Shown: positions 24,475 through 38,000 of the stretch, piece after piece | Layout of the letters: the number at the start of each line of letters is the position of its first letter | Numbering within the stretch: position 1 is the first letter of the stretch | Origin: Kudoa neothunni | Lineage: Eukaryota > Animalia > Cnidaria | Reading direction: 5' to 3' | Length of the DNA: 64,000 nt | Assembly: GCA_964304625.1 (NCBI GenBank) | Contig: OZ199838.1 | Location: 10,741,407 to 10,805,406 of the forward strand | Notes under the pieces: model-generated | Seen by the model: the letters and a program-made list of their open reading frames with translations, nothing else | What the model was told of the DNA's origin: nothing | Databases searched by the model: none | Position numbers and translations under genes: made by a program

Positions 24475-27400
24475 ATGGTGACAGGGGTTGAAGTTATTCC
24501 AACTTGTTTTACGATAAGACATGATAAATATGACGTGGACTCATACCGAGTGATAACATATGGCTGTTTTAGAGAATTCACTACAAAACAGCTACTGGAG
24601 CTGTTCGTAATGTCTCTTGATGATAATCTTTTAGAACTCTATGCATCTTTCCGTCCAAGTATCCGAAATGATTATTTCAAGCTACGTCAAGCTATTGAAA
24701 AGCGCTTATTTAACAATAAGAAGACAAAATTTGTTCACTGTGGTACGATCGATATGGCACCTGGTTCATGTGATGCTGAACGAATTGTTGTTACGATTTT
24801 CGGAAAAAGCCACAATGCACTGTTAGATACAGGGGCAACCATGTCCATTATTCGAAACGGACTAGTTCCGGACGACATTATTGTTCCAACGACATGCTCT
24901 CTGATAATGGCTGATAACTCCGCGGCGAAATGTTTGGGGAAAGTAACGCTTCAGCTCAGTATTTGCAATAAAAGAGTCTCTCAAACATTCATTGTATTAA
25001 ATAATGCCACGGAAGACGTTATCTTGGGAAGAGACTTTATGAAACAAAATGAAATTGTCATTTCATTCTCGAGGAACCAAAACTCATTAATTGAACAAGG
25101 TTGCGGAAATTATAAATCTTTTGCGATACAAACAAATAATTTCAACAATGTTAATGAACTATTGGTTTGTTTTGATTCATGTTTCGCAAAGAACTCTTAC
25201 GACTTGGGTAAAATTAGCTGTACGCAACGTGCTATTATTTGTGATGATACCCCAATTAGACAAGGTGTCAGAAGGCTCCCAGAGAGCACAAAGTCATTTG
25301 TAAAGATTGAATTAAATAAAATGTTACAATCTGATATTATTCGGCCATCTACTAGTCCTTGGGCCAGTCCGTTAGTACTTACTAAAAAGAAGGATGGTAA
25401 GCTCCGTATTTGTGTGGACTATGTCAAACTGAATAAAATAACGAAGAAAAATGCATTCCCGATACCAAATATCTCGGAAACACTTGATCAATTGTCTGGA
25501 TCTTCATATTTCTCAACTCTCGACATGAAATCAGGATATTGGCAAATATGTTTAAATGAAGATGATAAGGTAAAAACGGCATTCACTACACCATATGGGC
25601 TTTATGAATTCAATGTCTTACCCTTTGGATTAACGAATGCACCAGCAATCTTTCAACACACAATGCAGTCAATATTCAGAGAACTACTTGGTGTCGATTG
25701 CCTGGTATACCTGGATGATATAATTGTGTTCTCACAAACAGAAAAGGAGCATCTGTTAAAACTAGAACGTGTGCTTAGTAGAATTAAGTCGGCTGGTCTG
25801 AAAATGAATAAAGAAAAATGTCATTTTATGAAACGTTCAATAACATGCCTTGGATACATCATATCCCAGGATGGCATTAAAACAGATCCCGAGAAAGTTA
25901 ACAAAATATTACATCATCCAAAACCGATGAATGTAAAAGAGCTGCGAACTTTTATGGGGCCGGCAAACTATTACCGAAACTATATAAACGGTTTTGCCAA
26001 ATTAACAGTTCCCCTTACAAAGCTCACCCACAAAAATACAAATTTCCAGTGGAATGAAGACTGTGAAAATTCCTTCAACACATTAAAGAATTTACTAAGT
26101 TCACCACCAATTTTGGCGTTGCCAAACTTTGATGAACCATTTGAATTGGCAACCGATGCCTCGGATAATGCCATTGGAGCTGTTCTTAGTCAGAAGATAA
26201 ACGGAAGGGAGCGTGCTATATGCTATGGAAGTAGACAGCTAAATCAAGCTGAACGTAATTACTCGGTCATTGAAAAGGAGTGTTTAGCGATTGTCTGGAC
26301 GACAAAACTATACAGACACTACCTATATGGAAAAAAATTTAAGATATGGACCGACCATAACCCGTTGACATTTATTAATTCAATGAAAGATACTCATGGT
26401 AGAATTGCGCGTTGGAAACTTACATTGCAACAATATGAATTTGATATAATCTACCGTCCAAATTCCAAAAATATGAACGCTGATGCCATGTCTAGAATTC
26501 CGGCTGAAGAACTAGAGAGAAACATTTCATGTGTCTGCAATATTGGTATAGAAAATATTGACAAAGATGAATTTAAAAAACTTTACAAAGCCGACAAGAG
26601 ACTGGGACCACTCGAAAAACAACTAAACATATCCAAAACAATTCAAACGAGCAGAGGTATATATACGATAAAAAACGGTATTATCATAGAATATGCAAGA
26701 CTCCCGTTGGTCCAGTTGAACAATTGTACGTCCCTACCATATTAAAGGATCAGATAATGGAAAAAGTACACGATGAAAGTGGTCATTCTGGTTATTTTAA
26801 AACGTTTGATTCAATCAGGCGTAGGTTTTATTGGCCCGGATACCAAAATGATATTTGCGAATTTGTCAAACGATGTAAACTATGCGAGATGTTTCGCTCG
26901 ACGTATCCCAAACCTTCACTTGTACATTTTGAATCGTCTAAACCGTTTGATACTCTCCAGTGGGACATGATTGGTCCATTAAAAGAAACTAGAAATGGAA
27001 ATCGGTACATTCTTGTAGTATATGATGTCTTCACTAAATGGGCCGAAGCCTTCCCACTAAATTCAACCAGTAGTGCTACGATATCCAAAATCCTCGTGGA
27101 TGGAATAATTTGCCGATATGGAATACCTAACCGAATACATTTAGATAATGGGACAAACTTTGTTTCTGAGATAATAAAGAAAATATGCAAAACTTTTAAA
27201 ATCTATCGAGCCAACACAACACCATATCACCCTCAGGGGAACGGTGGAGTGGAGAGGTTGAATGGGACGTTAAAGAAAATGCTGATAAAAGCAAGCTGCG
27301 AAAATGATGACTGGGACATAATGTTGCCCAAGGTATTATTCTATTATAGGTGTGCAACGCACACATCCACTGGCTATTCACCCTACAAATTGATGACTGG

Positions 27401-27995
27401 GCGGTCTCCCAGAACCCATTTGGACACAATTGTGGATAACTTAAGATCACAAAATGTCGAAACGTGCTCAAATTATGATGATTTTATTAGAACATTGAAT
27501 AAACAGATTAAAAAATGTTTTGAAAACGCAAAGAAATACATTGATATATCAAACAAAAATCAAGATACATACACAAATACGACAAAAAGTTTTACATTTC
27601 AAAATGGTCAATTGATTTGGTTTAGAAAATACAATCATACTGATAAATTCGCTCCTTGTTGGGTGGGGTCATACAGAATTATAGACAGGACAAGTCCAGT
27701 GAATTATAAGGTGGAGGACTCGAATGGCAACTCGCTAATAATTCATCACAATAGAATAAAACCATTTCAATCAGAGTTGAACAAATCCACGACAATTCCA
27801 AAGAAGGTAAATATTAAATGCGAACCAAAAACATCAATTTCTACAAAACTTATGGACTACGAAAACGAAAAACATTTTACCGCTGCTAATGACAAATCAA
27901 ATATCGGTCGACCAGCTAGGAATAGAAAAGCTCCTACGAAACTCAATGATTACGTTTTAAATTTAATTGGGAGGAATGTTATGGCTAATAGATAG
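24475..27995 (+). pseudogene. (mini-gag)-pol polyprotein with one frameshift between RNase H and integrase
   Basis: ORF 24475-26745 carries LLDTGA, YLDD and ATDAS/EKE/TDH. ORF 26724-27995 carries HHCC, the D,D35E core and a GPY-like motif. The frame changes near 26680. Confidence 0.9.
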
Positions 27996-28079
27996 CGCGG
28001 ACAGGGATTAGGATAATTAGTACTGGTATCACGTTGGAGTTTCAAATATTGTTTCTATTCGCGTTGCTCATACTCCACA
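27977..28079 (+). repeat. 3' LTR (103 bp)
   Basis: Direct repeat of 24371-24473, followed by the TSD CTCGT. Confidence 0.97.
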
Positions 28080-28084
28080 CTCGT

Positions 28085-28564
28085 TTAATTTAAATGAGAG
28101 AACTTTTCCTTATCGACGTCAGTTAGGAACGACTAGTGAATGATGATAAGAGCAAAGCTAACTACAAAGAAAGGACCACGGGATTATTGGCTTCTGAAAC
28201 ATTACGATATGACGACGATAGAGAAAAAAACAAGTTGTTCTATTCTTTCAAAGAAGGAATCCGTTCTATTCAGTTTTACGTCAGTGATTCTGAATTATTT
28301 GATGTTATTCATGACGCTCATGTAGTCATTGGACATGGAGGACGAGAGAGAATGTTAAAGAAGCTTCGACCAAAATTTAAAAATATTACCCGTCGTGATA
28401 TTGAATTGTACATTCGACTTTGTCAGGCATGCCAGAAGAAACGAAAAGGCATTGTATTGAAACCGATGGTATTTTCAGATTTCAATTCCCGCTGTCAGGT
28501 GGATCTAATTGATTTCCAATCCCATCCTGATAAAGAATACAAATTTATAATGGTATATCAAGAT
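28085..28564 (+). mobile_element. KRBA2/SCAND3-type integrase fragment (Ginger2/TDD-like DNA transposon)
   Basis: HDAHVVIGHGGRERM...CQACQKK (HHCC) and RCQVDLIDFQS...FIMVYQD; cut at the copia LTR. Its 5' non-coding part probably lies at about 24222-24370. Confidence 0.7.
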
Positions 28565-30214
28565 TGTTGGTGTAGAATTCATTTTGTTGCGCAAATAAAA
28601 CAAAGTATGTAACGAACCAAATAAACACTAATGTGATTATAAGCGCTCATTCTTATCGGACAACCTCGTAATTGTGTTTACACACTTAATACTCGAAGGG
28701 CGCGGGATTAACCCCCCTTCACCTCGATACTTGGAATAACCATTTAATATTTTGGTATTGTCTTACTTTGTTCGGTGCTTCCGTGAATAAATCAGCATAA
28801 TTTAGTTCAGTTGATACGTACTTTACATTAGTTTGATCATGTAGGTAATGAACCTTTAGATCTATATGCTTTAATTTGGAGGTAGTTTTACCATCAGACA
28901 ATGATATCGCGGCAGTATTATCGCAGTTAATAGTAGCAGGACAATCAGGTTTCACATTAAGGTCATGCAGGAGTAGAAGTAGATATTGAGCTTCCTTATT
29001 TGCTTCAGTCAGTGTCATGAATTCAGCCTCACAGGTTGATAGTGCAATTGACTGTTGCTTTTTAGCTTTCCACGTAATCGGACTTGAATTTTCGCAAAGT
29101 TTGAAGACGTAGCCGCTAATTGATTTTCTGCTAAGTTTGTCATCGGCCGATCTGCATCAGAATATCCAAATAGGATAGCGTTATCGGATGGTTTATATAT
29201 TAGCCTGTAATCACTCGTAAACTTGAGATATTTGAGTATCCTTACATGTGTCTTTGTTGTCTTATTACAATATTGTGATAAATTATTTGTGATATAGCTA
29301 ACATCTGAGTGAGTGTTTCCAGCTATGTAGATCAAATGACCGATACACTCTCTATATGGGAAATCGGTAGGTTCTTTCAATACGTATGGATCATGCTCGT
29401 TGTAATAGAGTACTTCATTCGGAATATGGTCTAGTGCTTTTCCATCATCCATATTAAATCTTTTAATGGTTAGGTTGATAAAGCTAGATTGGTTCATTGT
29501 CCACGAACCATCAATTTTTCTTTCGAAATGTATTCCTAAAAAGTTACTTAACATACCTCTATCATCTATCTTGAAGGTGTTGCTTAGATATTCCTTAATG
29601 GTATCAATAGCTTCTATACTTATACTGGATAGTAACATATCATCGATCCACATTACAATTATGACGTCGCATTTATATTCATCAGAGTTGTAAGTAAACA
29701 AACAGCTATCAGTTTTTGACTGTTTACATCCGAACGATACTAAGTGTTTTGTTATAGTCTCGTTCCATTTTATTTTCGGTCACTTTGTTTGAGGCCATAC
29801 AATGATTTACTGAGTTTCCACGTTAAATAATTTCTTTCTGAATCGGTCTTAGAATATCCCTGAGGTTGTTTGACAAATAATTCAGTATCTGTGTTAGCGT
29901 TGAGGTATGCGGTTTTGAAATCGATTTGATGTATATGTCGATATTGGATGGCGGACAACTGGACTAATGTTTGAACTGTATTCATACTTGTCGTAGGGGA
30001 GTAGGTATTTGTGTAATCAATCCCGTATATTTGTGTATAGCCACACGCTACATAACGGGCTTTATATTTCACTGTACCATCGTTGCCATGCTTTATGTTA
30101 AATATCCATTTTCCATTTATTTCCTTTGCTTTATCAGGTGGATGAGTTATGGAGAAAGTATTGTTTGCGACCAATGACTCTATCTCATCATCCATTGCTG
30201 ACATCCATTTAGGA
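28565..30214 (-). mobile_element. Ty1/copia remnant: RT, RNase H, PPT and 3' LTR
   Basis: Motifs YKARYVACGY, QIDFKTAYLN, KSLYGLKQ, WIDD, GYSDAD, CDNTAAI and KHIDLK; purine tract GAGGTGAAGGGGGG; LTR ends ...CCAACA at 28565; several frameshifts. Confidence 0.9.
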
Positions 30215-33200
30215 CAGGGCTTCCCTATTCGTTTTGGGATTGACACCCCCTATTTTTAAGGTTAGTTGAAATTCGGATTATATAAGATTAACGCGCACAT
30301 ATTTCCTTTAGCCACGATAAATTTGTAGACAATAGCACGAGTATACATTTTTTAACCATTAAACGCGAAAAAAATACAATTGTAAAATAAGGAATTAACA
30401 AATTTTAGTTACATTTTGGACTTTTTTTGTTTTTTATTGGCAATTAAAGCATTGAAACGAGGAATTTTGTTGGATAATGCTATTCGTAAGTCATTTTCTG
30501 GGTTTAACGTGCTTCGATACTTGTTTTTTGTGTATAAAAGGGAGAAAAACCCCGATTCATATAACCACGTAGTGGCAAATAGAATTAAAATCTTCAACGC
30601 TTTTTCCGCTAAACTGGGATAACTATTTAGTGCGTGACACCAGAAATGCTCAAGTAAACTTGACTCAAACAACAGTTTCATTGATTAGCACGATTTCAAT
30701 TCGATCAAATTTTCTTTTTCGTCATCATCGTCCTCCATTTTTTCTATGTGGAAGGCGAATGGATTTACAATCCATCTATCAGATTCATTTAAGTTGCCAG
30801 TAGAAAAATAGCCATCAAAAGAATCTTTCAATTTTTCCAAATGACCTTTTATTTCAATTTGCAACATTTCGGAATTCACATTTTTATTTTTAATATTTTC
30901 CTCCAATAATGGAAAATTACAAAATTTTTTATTTTTTATTCTGACAATCCATAAAGTTAACTTACTGCGAAATGCTCGTAACTTGTCAGAAGCATTTATA
31001 ATATTTATATCTTGTCCTTGAAGCGAATAATTTAATTCGTTCAAGTGTTGAAAGATATCAGTGAGATATGCCAACATTATTGAGAAATTATGGAACTTGA
31101 AAACATTAGCAAGGTCCGATTTTTGATCCAATAAAAATTTCTCGATTTCATATTTTAAGTCCAAAAACCGACTTAAAACACGTCCTCGTGACAACCATCT
31201 TACTTCTGTGCGGTAGATAAGAACAGAAGCTTCTTCGTTAATTTCATTGCAAAATGCTTTAAAAAGCCTGTGATTTAAAGCTCTTCCGCGCATGAAATTT
31301 ATTATTTTTATACAATAATCCATTGCTGATTTTAGACCAATCGGCAAACTTTTTGACATCAGATCTTGGCGATGCAAAATACAATAGGTGATTATCACGT
31401 CCGGAACATGACATTTTATATGAGTAACAAACCCCGATTTATTTCCTAACATGACGGGTGCTCCATCGGTACAAATAGATCCAATGGTTGTGATTGGAAT
31501 TCCGTTGGCGTCAAAAAAGTCTTTAACTATTTCGAAAATATCCATTGTAATTGTTGTTGTATTCAACGCCTTGCAAAATAAAAAGTCTTCCTCAATAGAA
31601 GTCGATTTCATATATCTTACGAAAGCGATGAGCTGACTACAATTATCGACATCCGTTGACTCATTCGGCTAGAGTGGAATTTGCATTGGAGATGCTTTGA
31701 TATCCGAAACTATTTGATCAGGAATATCAGCACTCATCTCATCAATTTTATTGTGGATAACGTTGTTGGATAGTGGTATTCCTTTGAGTTTTTGTGCTGC
31801 TTCTTCATCCAAAACAATCTTTGCTGCCTCCAAAATGCATGATTTTATCAACATCTCCGCAACATTGTGGGGTTTTTTTGTTTTGGCCACTTCATAAGCT
31901 GTTTTGAATGAAGCGAGAAGCAAGGATTTATCTAGGGAAATGAACCCCAATTTAGGAAGTGTTCCCTTTAAGTCATAGCGCGCTCTTTTCATTTTTAATG
32001 ACTGGATATCGTTTCCTATATGTTTTACCACCATGTTTGCTCTCAAGATGTTGAAGCAACTTTGACGGCTTCAAGTTGGAATTTGAATAAACGACATTAC
32101 AAAGAATGCATTGTGGTTTTTGAACACCATCGACGAGTTTTTTGGTGGCTTGCCATATTGGAAAAAACTTTAGGATTAAAAATAGGAAGGGATAGAATTA
32201 GTATTTATCCTTCATTTGACAATATGTTTACACTAAATATTTTATTCTTCTTGAATCAGTTACCTAACTTATGATTTAAGGAAATATACAAATTATCCTA
32301 AATTAATTCACAATCTATTACTATTTAATTAACATTGCTAACTTCATTAGTTATTTAGGGTTTTATTATGGGATTTGTTTATATGTGGATGACAATATTC
32401 AGTTAACGAGATTTAAGTAAAAAAATTTTCTTATAATTAAATTTTACACAAAAGCATGCAAATCTTGCAAGATTGGGGAATTTTATTCTCTAATTGGCGG
32501 TGTAATAATGAAGATTGTGGCATCTATATAACATTTTCACTAATCAAATTTTTCTTTTCATATTTGTTTTTTAAAGCAAGAAATTATGGACTCTATAGTA
32601 CCACAACAAAGGTCACTTCTAAATTTATAGATTGTAACAAAAAGAGACTTGGAGCACGTGTTATCTCCATTATGTTCGTTCTTACTTCGAAATTTTGTTT
32701 ATTTTTTTTACAATCCTATTTAATTATTTTGAATGTTTTAGTTTATTTTTTTGATTAGTTCAATGCTTAATGCACTCTCAGAACCCATATTTTGAAATTT
32801 TTGGAAATTATGAAAAAATGCCTTTTTTAGTAGTCATATTTAATTAAATAACGTGTATAAACTTTGTTTGTAAGTATAAACATTTTTTTTGGTTTATAAA
32901 TATTTTGGGGGTGTTTTGTTCAAACAAAAAAATGATACGTATTTTTTCTAACAAATTTGTACAATTATTTTTTTAAAATTATATTATAAACTGTTTTTAT
33001 GCAGATTAATTTTATGCTTTTTAGGAAAAAAATGAAACTACATTTTCCAACCTTTTCAGATTTGATTTTGTAGGTAACAATTCCAAAATAAAAAAAGCTA
33101 AATATTGTACTTATCAGAATAATGTATATGTAACACAAAATATTTTTAAATTGTTTGAATGCATAAGTTTATATCATGAATCGAATTTTTGTTAATTTCT

Positions 33201-33916
33201 GTATTCACCCGAATTTTCAAAAAAATTATTTCTTATTAAAATATACATTTGTACTCGATATGCCTCAATCACTCAAAGTTTTAAAACTTGTTAATTCTAC
33301 CGCAGTATTCTTAATATTATTTGATAAGATTTATTTTAAATCATGAAAATAAAAACCTTTGAAGATCACATTGAATAATTAATTTAAGAATGTATCAACG
33401 ACCGAGTTGATGAATGATATTTGAATCCAATATTAACTATTTCAAAATGTGGTATCTCAACATATACATAAAATAATTTAAACTGAATTTAATATTTTAG
33501 TAATACGATTTTTTATTTTACTAGTGAATAAAAATTCATCAAAAAATGAAAAAGTGGTTAACACAACGTGATTAAACGAGATGTGGTCGACTCATTTTGA
33601 CTTTCATAATTAAGATAAGAGCCTAACCGACTTATTTCAATCTGACATAATGTATATATCGAGACATTCTTTTTAATTTCTTAGTTTTAGATTTTATGAA
33701 GTTTCTATATTTATAAAATTATTAGCAAAAAATTTGGTGTTATGCTTCATTCACATAAAGATTTTTTAGGTGATATCTTCCTTACCATTTTTGATACCAA
33801 ACATTCACTACTTTAATATTTTGTAATTATAATAGCTTAAATGATCTAGATACACCGAAACTTGTTATTCGCACCCCCTAGAACAGTTTCTCGCACCCCC
33901 CAATAGGGAAGCTCTG
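30215..33916 (-). mobile_element. Buster-type hAT transposon (ZBED8/ZBED5-like transposase pseudogene at 30409-32170)
   Basis: 15-bp TIR CAG(G/A)GCTTCCCTATT. Motifs IPLSNN, ESTD, CTDGAPVM, CILHR, TEVRWLSRG and FATTWLYESGF; internal stop codons. Confidence 0.9.
32380..32560 (+). mobile_element. Possible Merlin/ISXO2-like N-terminal fragment inside the hAT
   Basis: ILQDWGIL...RCNNEDCG resembles Merlin N-terminal zinc-ribbon segments; very short. Confidence 0.3.
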
Positions 33917-34819
33917 AGCTACACGAAGTAGTCAAGGATTTTTAAGGTGTATGTGTAAAACTAAGTGCCAAAATAACAAATGCCTTGCCTCAAGAATTTA
34001 CAATGCAATTCAAAATGTCATTCTAGTCATCCTTGTTGTAACAAATATAAGTTACTGTTGTGCTTCATTTATGGTTATTAACCATTTTTGTCGAATATCT
34101 TTTTAAATTCGCATATTTGCACATTGCCTGAATTTCATACATTGCCTGCAACATATATAGCAAATTCATAGGTGGCGTTGATTTGACAGATAATGCAGTT
34201 GCTTGCCATCGAATTAACCTTCGTGGTAAGAATTGGTATTGATCTCTTTTTTCCAACCTGATTTCTCTTGCTGTTTGTAATTCATGGAAACTGCTATATC
34301 TTGGAAAAGAAACAAAAATAACTCTTCTTACTCACATTAGGAATCTAGTGGCGCATCTTATAACATCAAGTCATTCCAAAGAAAATTCCATAAGAAGGTC
34401 GTTATTAGATAAAACCCAACTGCGTAATCTCTGCGAATATTCTATACTCACATAAAACGCGGGAAAAAAGAGACGGATGTGTCGTTTGTGGAAAAACCAC
34501 CATTAGATATTTTGGAAACTGTGATACGGCATTGCACATCAAATGTTCACAAATTTTTCATAAAAAAAACAATTAAAATTATTAATTTTTGTTGTTGTTG
34601 TTGTTAGTGAAATTTGAAATTGAAAATTTTCATTGAGGAATTACACGAGGTCGGTTCTCTGTTCCCTTTGCGGCATTCTTTTAATTTTATGATATTTCCA
34701 ATTTTCATGTTTTTAGCTAATAAGTATTAAATATAAAAGTTTTGAAAAAAATACTAAGATATCGAACCGTAACGGGTTAATGTAAAAGTAACGCACATGC
34801 CTAATCGTGTTTTGATTTT

Positions 34820-35074
34820 AATGATCAGAATGCACTGGATTGACACGGCTCCCAATGACGTTCCAGAGTTATGACTTTTCCGCTTAAATTAATCATGTTG
34901 CAACCTTTAGATATGTCTATAGAGTTAACCGCAAGTTCAAAATAGCTAATTCTTTCATACAATTGAAAAGGTGAGCTCAGAAAACACCAACAAATAACCG
35001 AACAAGGGGGAAAATTCACATAAAAGGCAAAAGCAGAAGGTCCAAGCCGAGACTCGAATTCGGATTGTTGAATT
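34820..35074 (-). mobile_element. tRNA-Gln 3' half plus the 5' end of an older, diverged sister copy of the RLE retrotransposon
   Basis: 35042-35074 matches 41502-41534 at 32/33 nt. Collinear weaker similarity continues: 34907-34929 vs 41379-41401 (16/23) and 34854-34866 vs 41327-41339 (11/13). Confidence 0.6.
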
Positions 35075-38000
35075 AGAGAACTAACGAATGCTATCGTGTT
35101 TATAAGTAGGGTTGGCAAGTTTCGATCAAAATCGATTACCATTGATTAAAACTGTCGAATTTTAAAAAATCGTTCGACGTTTATTTTTGTTGAACGGAAA
35201 ACATCGATTTTTGCACGTTAACATCGAATTAAGATGGGGAGGAAGCGACGTGATATTACTAATTATTTGATGGAGTGGACTGATTTAAAGGGTGTTGGCG
35301 ATTCCATGCCATGTAAATATTGCAAAGGTCTGTTGCCACTTAAACAAAACAGAATTCAAGAAAATTTCAGTTCACAGAAACATTAAAAAATATTCTAAAT
35401 CTCAACAGATCGAAATTAAGTGATATTGAAATCGATTTGCTGAAGATTGTAATTTTTGACAGTCTTCCATTTGATGCATTTAGTAAAAAGAGTAACTTGA
35501 GGGGGTTTCTTCCTATGTATTGCCCAGCGTCGAGATCCTTGCCAGATGGGAAAACATTGATTGATAAACATCTTTCAGTTGTATTCCACGGTGTCGATAA
35601 TATTATATTATGTCAGTGATGAGGGATGTACGATTTAGTTTAATAATTGATGAGCCTCCTGATTCGAAAAATAGGCTAGTTTTCAATACATTGGCTTCTT
35701 TTCGTGATTGTGTTACTGGTGAACGGAGAACTATAATGCTTAATTCTTTGAGGCTTGTTCAATGCAAATCCGTAATCATAACTGGTCACATATCCAGTGT
35801 TCTAAATCGGTACAACCTAAAATGAGACAAATGCGTTGCGATTCTTTCTGACTCAGCACAGTACATGAAAAAGTATTTTAAGGATTTGAGAACCATGTAT
35901 CTAGCTATCATCAGAATTACGTGTTTTTCACACATTATTCATTTGGCGGTTTGAAGAGCTACAGATGAATACTTTTCGGATAAAAAGGTTTGCCATGAAG
36001 TTTTCCACCATTTTTATCAAAAAATAGGAATTATAAAAGAAAGTTTTGGGTTCACCTTAAAAGTAACTTTAGAACAACGAGGGAAATTCCTCGTGTTTTG
36101 GACATACGATAATATAATTTCTTTTACTGTTTAAAACAGATAAAAGAATATTATCCTGCTGTCAATGACTTCTTAAAAGAAATTAAAAATGACGAAACAG
36201 GAAAAAAATTGAACTTAATAGTTGAAATTGATTCAGATAATTACAACATATTTTATTGTCAATTAAATAGTTTAATAGATGAACTAACGCCGTTGTTTGA
36301 ATTCTCTAGATTCATGGAAACTGAAGAAAACTGCTCTATTTCAAGTATTGCTGATTGGATAAAAGACGACTTTGGAATTAAAACGAAGGATTTAATCACG
36401 GTTTACAAAGATATATTTGGACTTATTCCATTTGAATCTAGAAGTCAATTAACGATTAAAGAAATTGATCCGGAAATTAAAATTACAATCGAGAATGTTG
36501 AAATTGTTGATCTTATTTAGTTTTTAGAGATCAATGATAAGTTTGAAATTCAAAAAGAATATGATCCACTCTGCAAAATTTTGGAAAAATCAGACTCACC
36601 CATCGACAATGATTTTTGGAAGAATAAATCAAACATCTGCCCAATTCTATCGCAATTTTCTGAGGATTTTTTGGCTATCCCTGTATCATCCATCAACGTC
36701 GAAAGGGGCTTTTCAAAATTAAGATGTTTTTGGCAAAGAAAAGGTGAATCTTTCGGATGAACGTCTCACAATGTTATCAGCGTTAAATTTCAATGGCCCC
36801 TCACAATAAATCTCAACTATAATATTATTTATTAGTCAGTATTTAAGCCGATTTTGAACGATTTTGCTTTTTGGCGAAAAAAAACATCGCTTTAAAATTT
36901 TTATTTATTTCGATCGATCAAAACCGTCGATTTGTAAAAAAATACACGTCGAAAATCGCCAACCCTATTTATAAGTAAATAGCTAATATAGTTTGTAAGA
37001 GGGAGGGTGGACGATTGATGCTAGGATGGTGAATTTTTAGGTTTTCCACCGGATGTGGTAACTCCAAATTTTGTGGGGCCATTCAATCGAGGTCGTTGTC
37101 ACATTCTTCAGTAGCGATCATCCCTTTCGCTCAGAGGACAATTGAAGAAATGTGTACGCTTCTCCGTTTCGATGATGGTGATTTCTCAGGGATCCATAGG
37201 TTAGAGCGGCGGGGAGGATGGTGTAACCCAGATTTCGGAGATTTTCAAACTCAGGATCGTATTTTCGGATTTTATGTGATCTCACTTGGTCCAACCGGTC
37301 CAAGCTTGACTCATAACAAACCGAAATGTCGATCACGAATGTAACAATTGGTCGAGGATGGTGTCGTGGCGTTTGATAATTAACTCTTTGCCAAGTCGAC
37401 ATCCGTTCAAGACGTGACCAAGAGTTTCGACTTGGCAGGAGCAACGGCGACATTGAATATCCAGGGTAGAATGAGCACAGTGGAGGACGGTGTTGGTTGG
37501 CAGGACGTTGATTCTTCCCATGAGTCAGAATCTGTACGAACTTACTTTAATATTGCCAGTTCGGGTCCATGTGTTGGCTTCCTTGGTTTCAGCGAAGCAC
37601 TTAACAGATCTTCATATGGGTGGATTGGAATTACCAGCGGAGCTGTTTGACACGGGGTGGGGTGAAGACGGGATTCTTCGGTGGGTTTAGTGGAGGGAAC
37701 AAGGGGTCGGAATCGACTATCTTCACCAAGGAGAGGCGGGCTATCTTCTGGATGGCCTCATCCTGCGAATTAGGCACATTAAGACTAGAGGTCAGCCTTA
37801 AGGCAGCATAGTCTTTGTTTAATTGACGAAGTTCGAGACCACCGGAGCAATTTGGGGTGTAGACAAAGTGGGTAGGCTGAGCCACTGTCGAATGTTTCTT
37901 AAAATAAAGGCATCATACTTTATTCAATTCTTCGATCCGGAGAATGTGGTTCTTCATCACAAAATCGAGCGTCGGGAAGGGGTAGATCTTCAGCAGGTTG

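Larger units (their letters stand above)
24371..28079 (+). mobile_element. Full-length compact Ty3/gypsy LTR retrotransposon (3709 bp)
   Basis: 103-bp LTRs (TG...CA) with one mismatch; perfect 5-bp TSD CTCGT; PBS-like TGGTGACAGG; PPT GGGAGGAA; domain order PR-RT-RH-IN. Confidence 0.97.
21344..34776 (+). mobile_element. piggyBac (PGBD2/3-like) element disrupted by multiple nested insertions
   Basis: TTAA-CCCATTCCGGTTC at the left end and GAACCGTAACGGG-TTAA at the right. Collinear transposase pieces at 21680-22110, 23544-24075 (SIDEQMIPY, WNDTKPV) and about 34150-34560 (GGVDLTD, Cys-rich tail). Confidence 0.8.

Noticed and set aside
26670-26745. Programmed ribosomal frameshift between RNase H and integrase
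   Set aside because: No clear slippery heptamer lies at the inferred shift point and this is not a usual recoding position; a 1-nt deletion or assembly error is simpler.
35042-35074. A second functional tRNA gene
   Set aside because: Only the 3' half is present; the D-arm, A-box and anticodon are missing.
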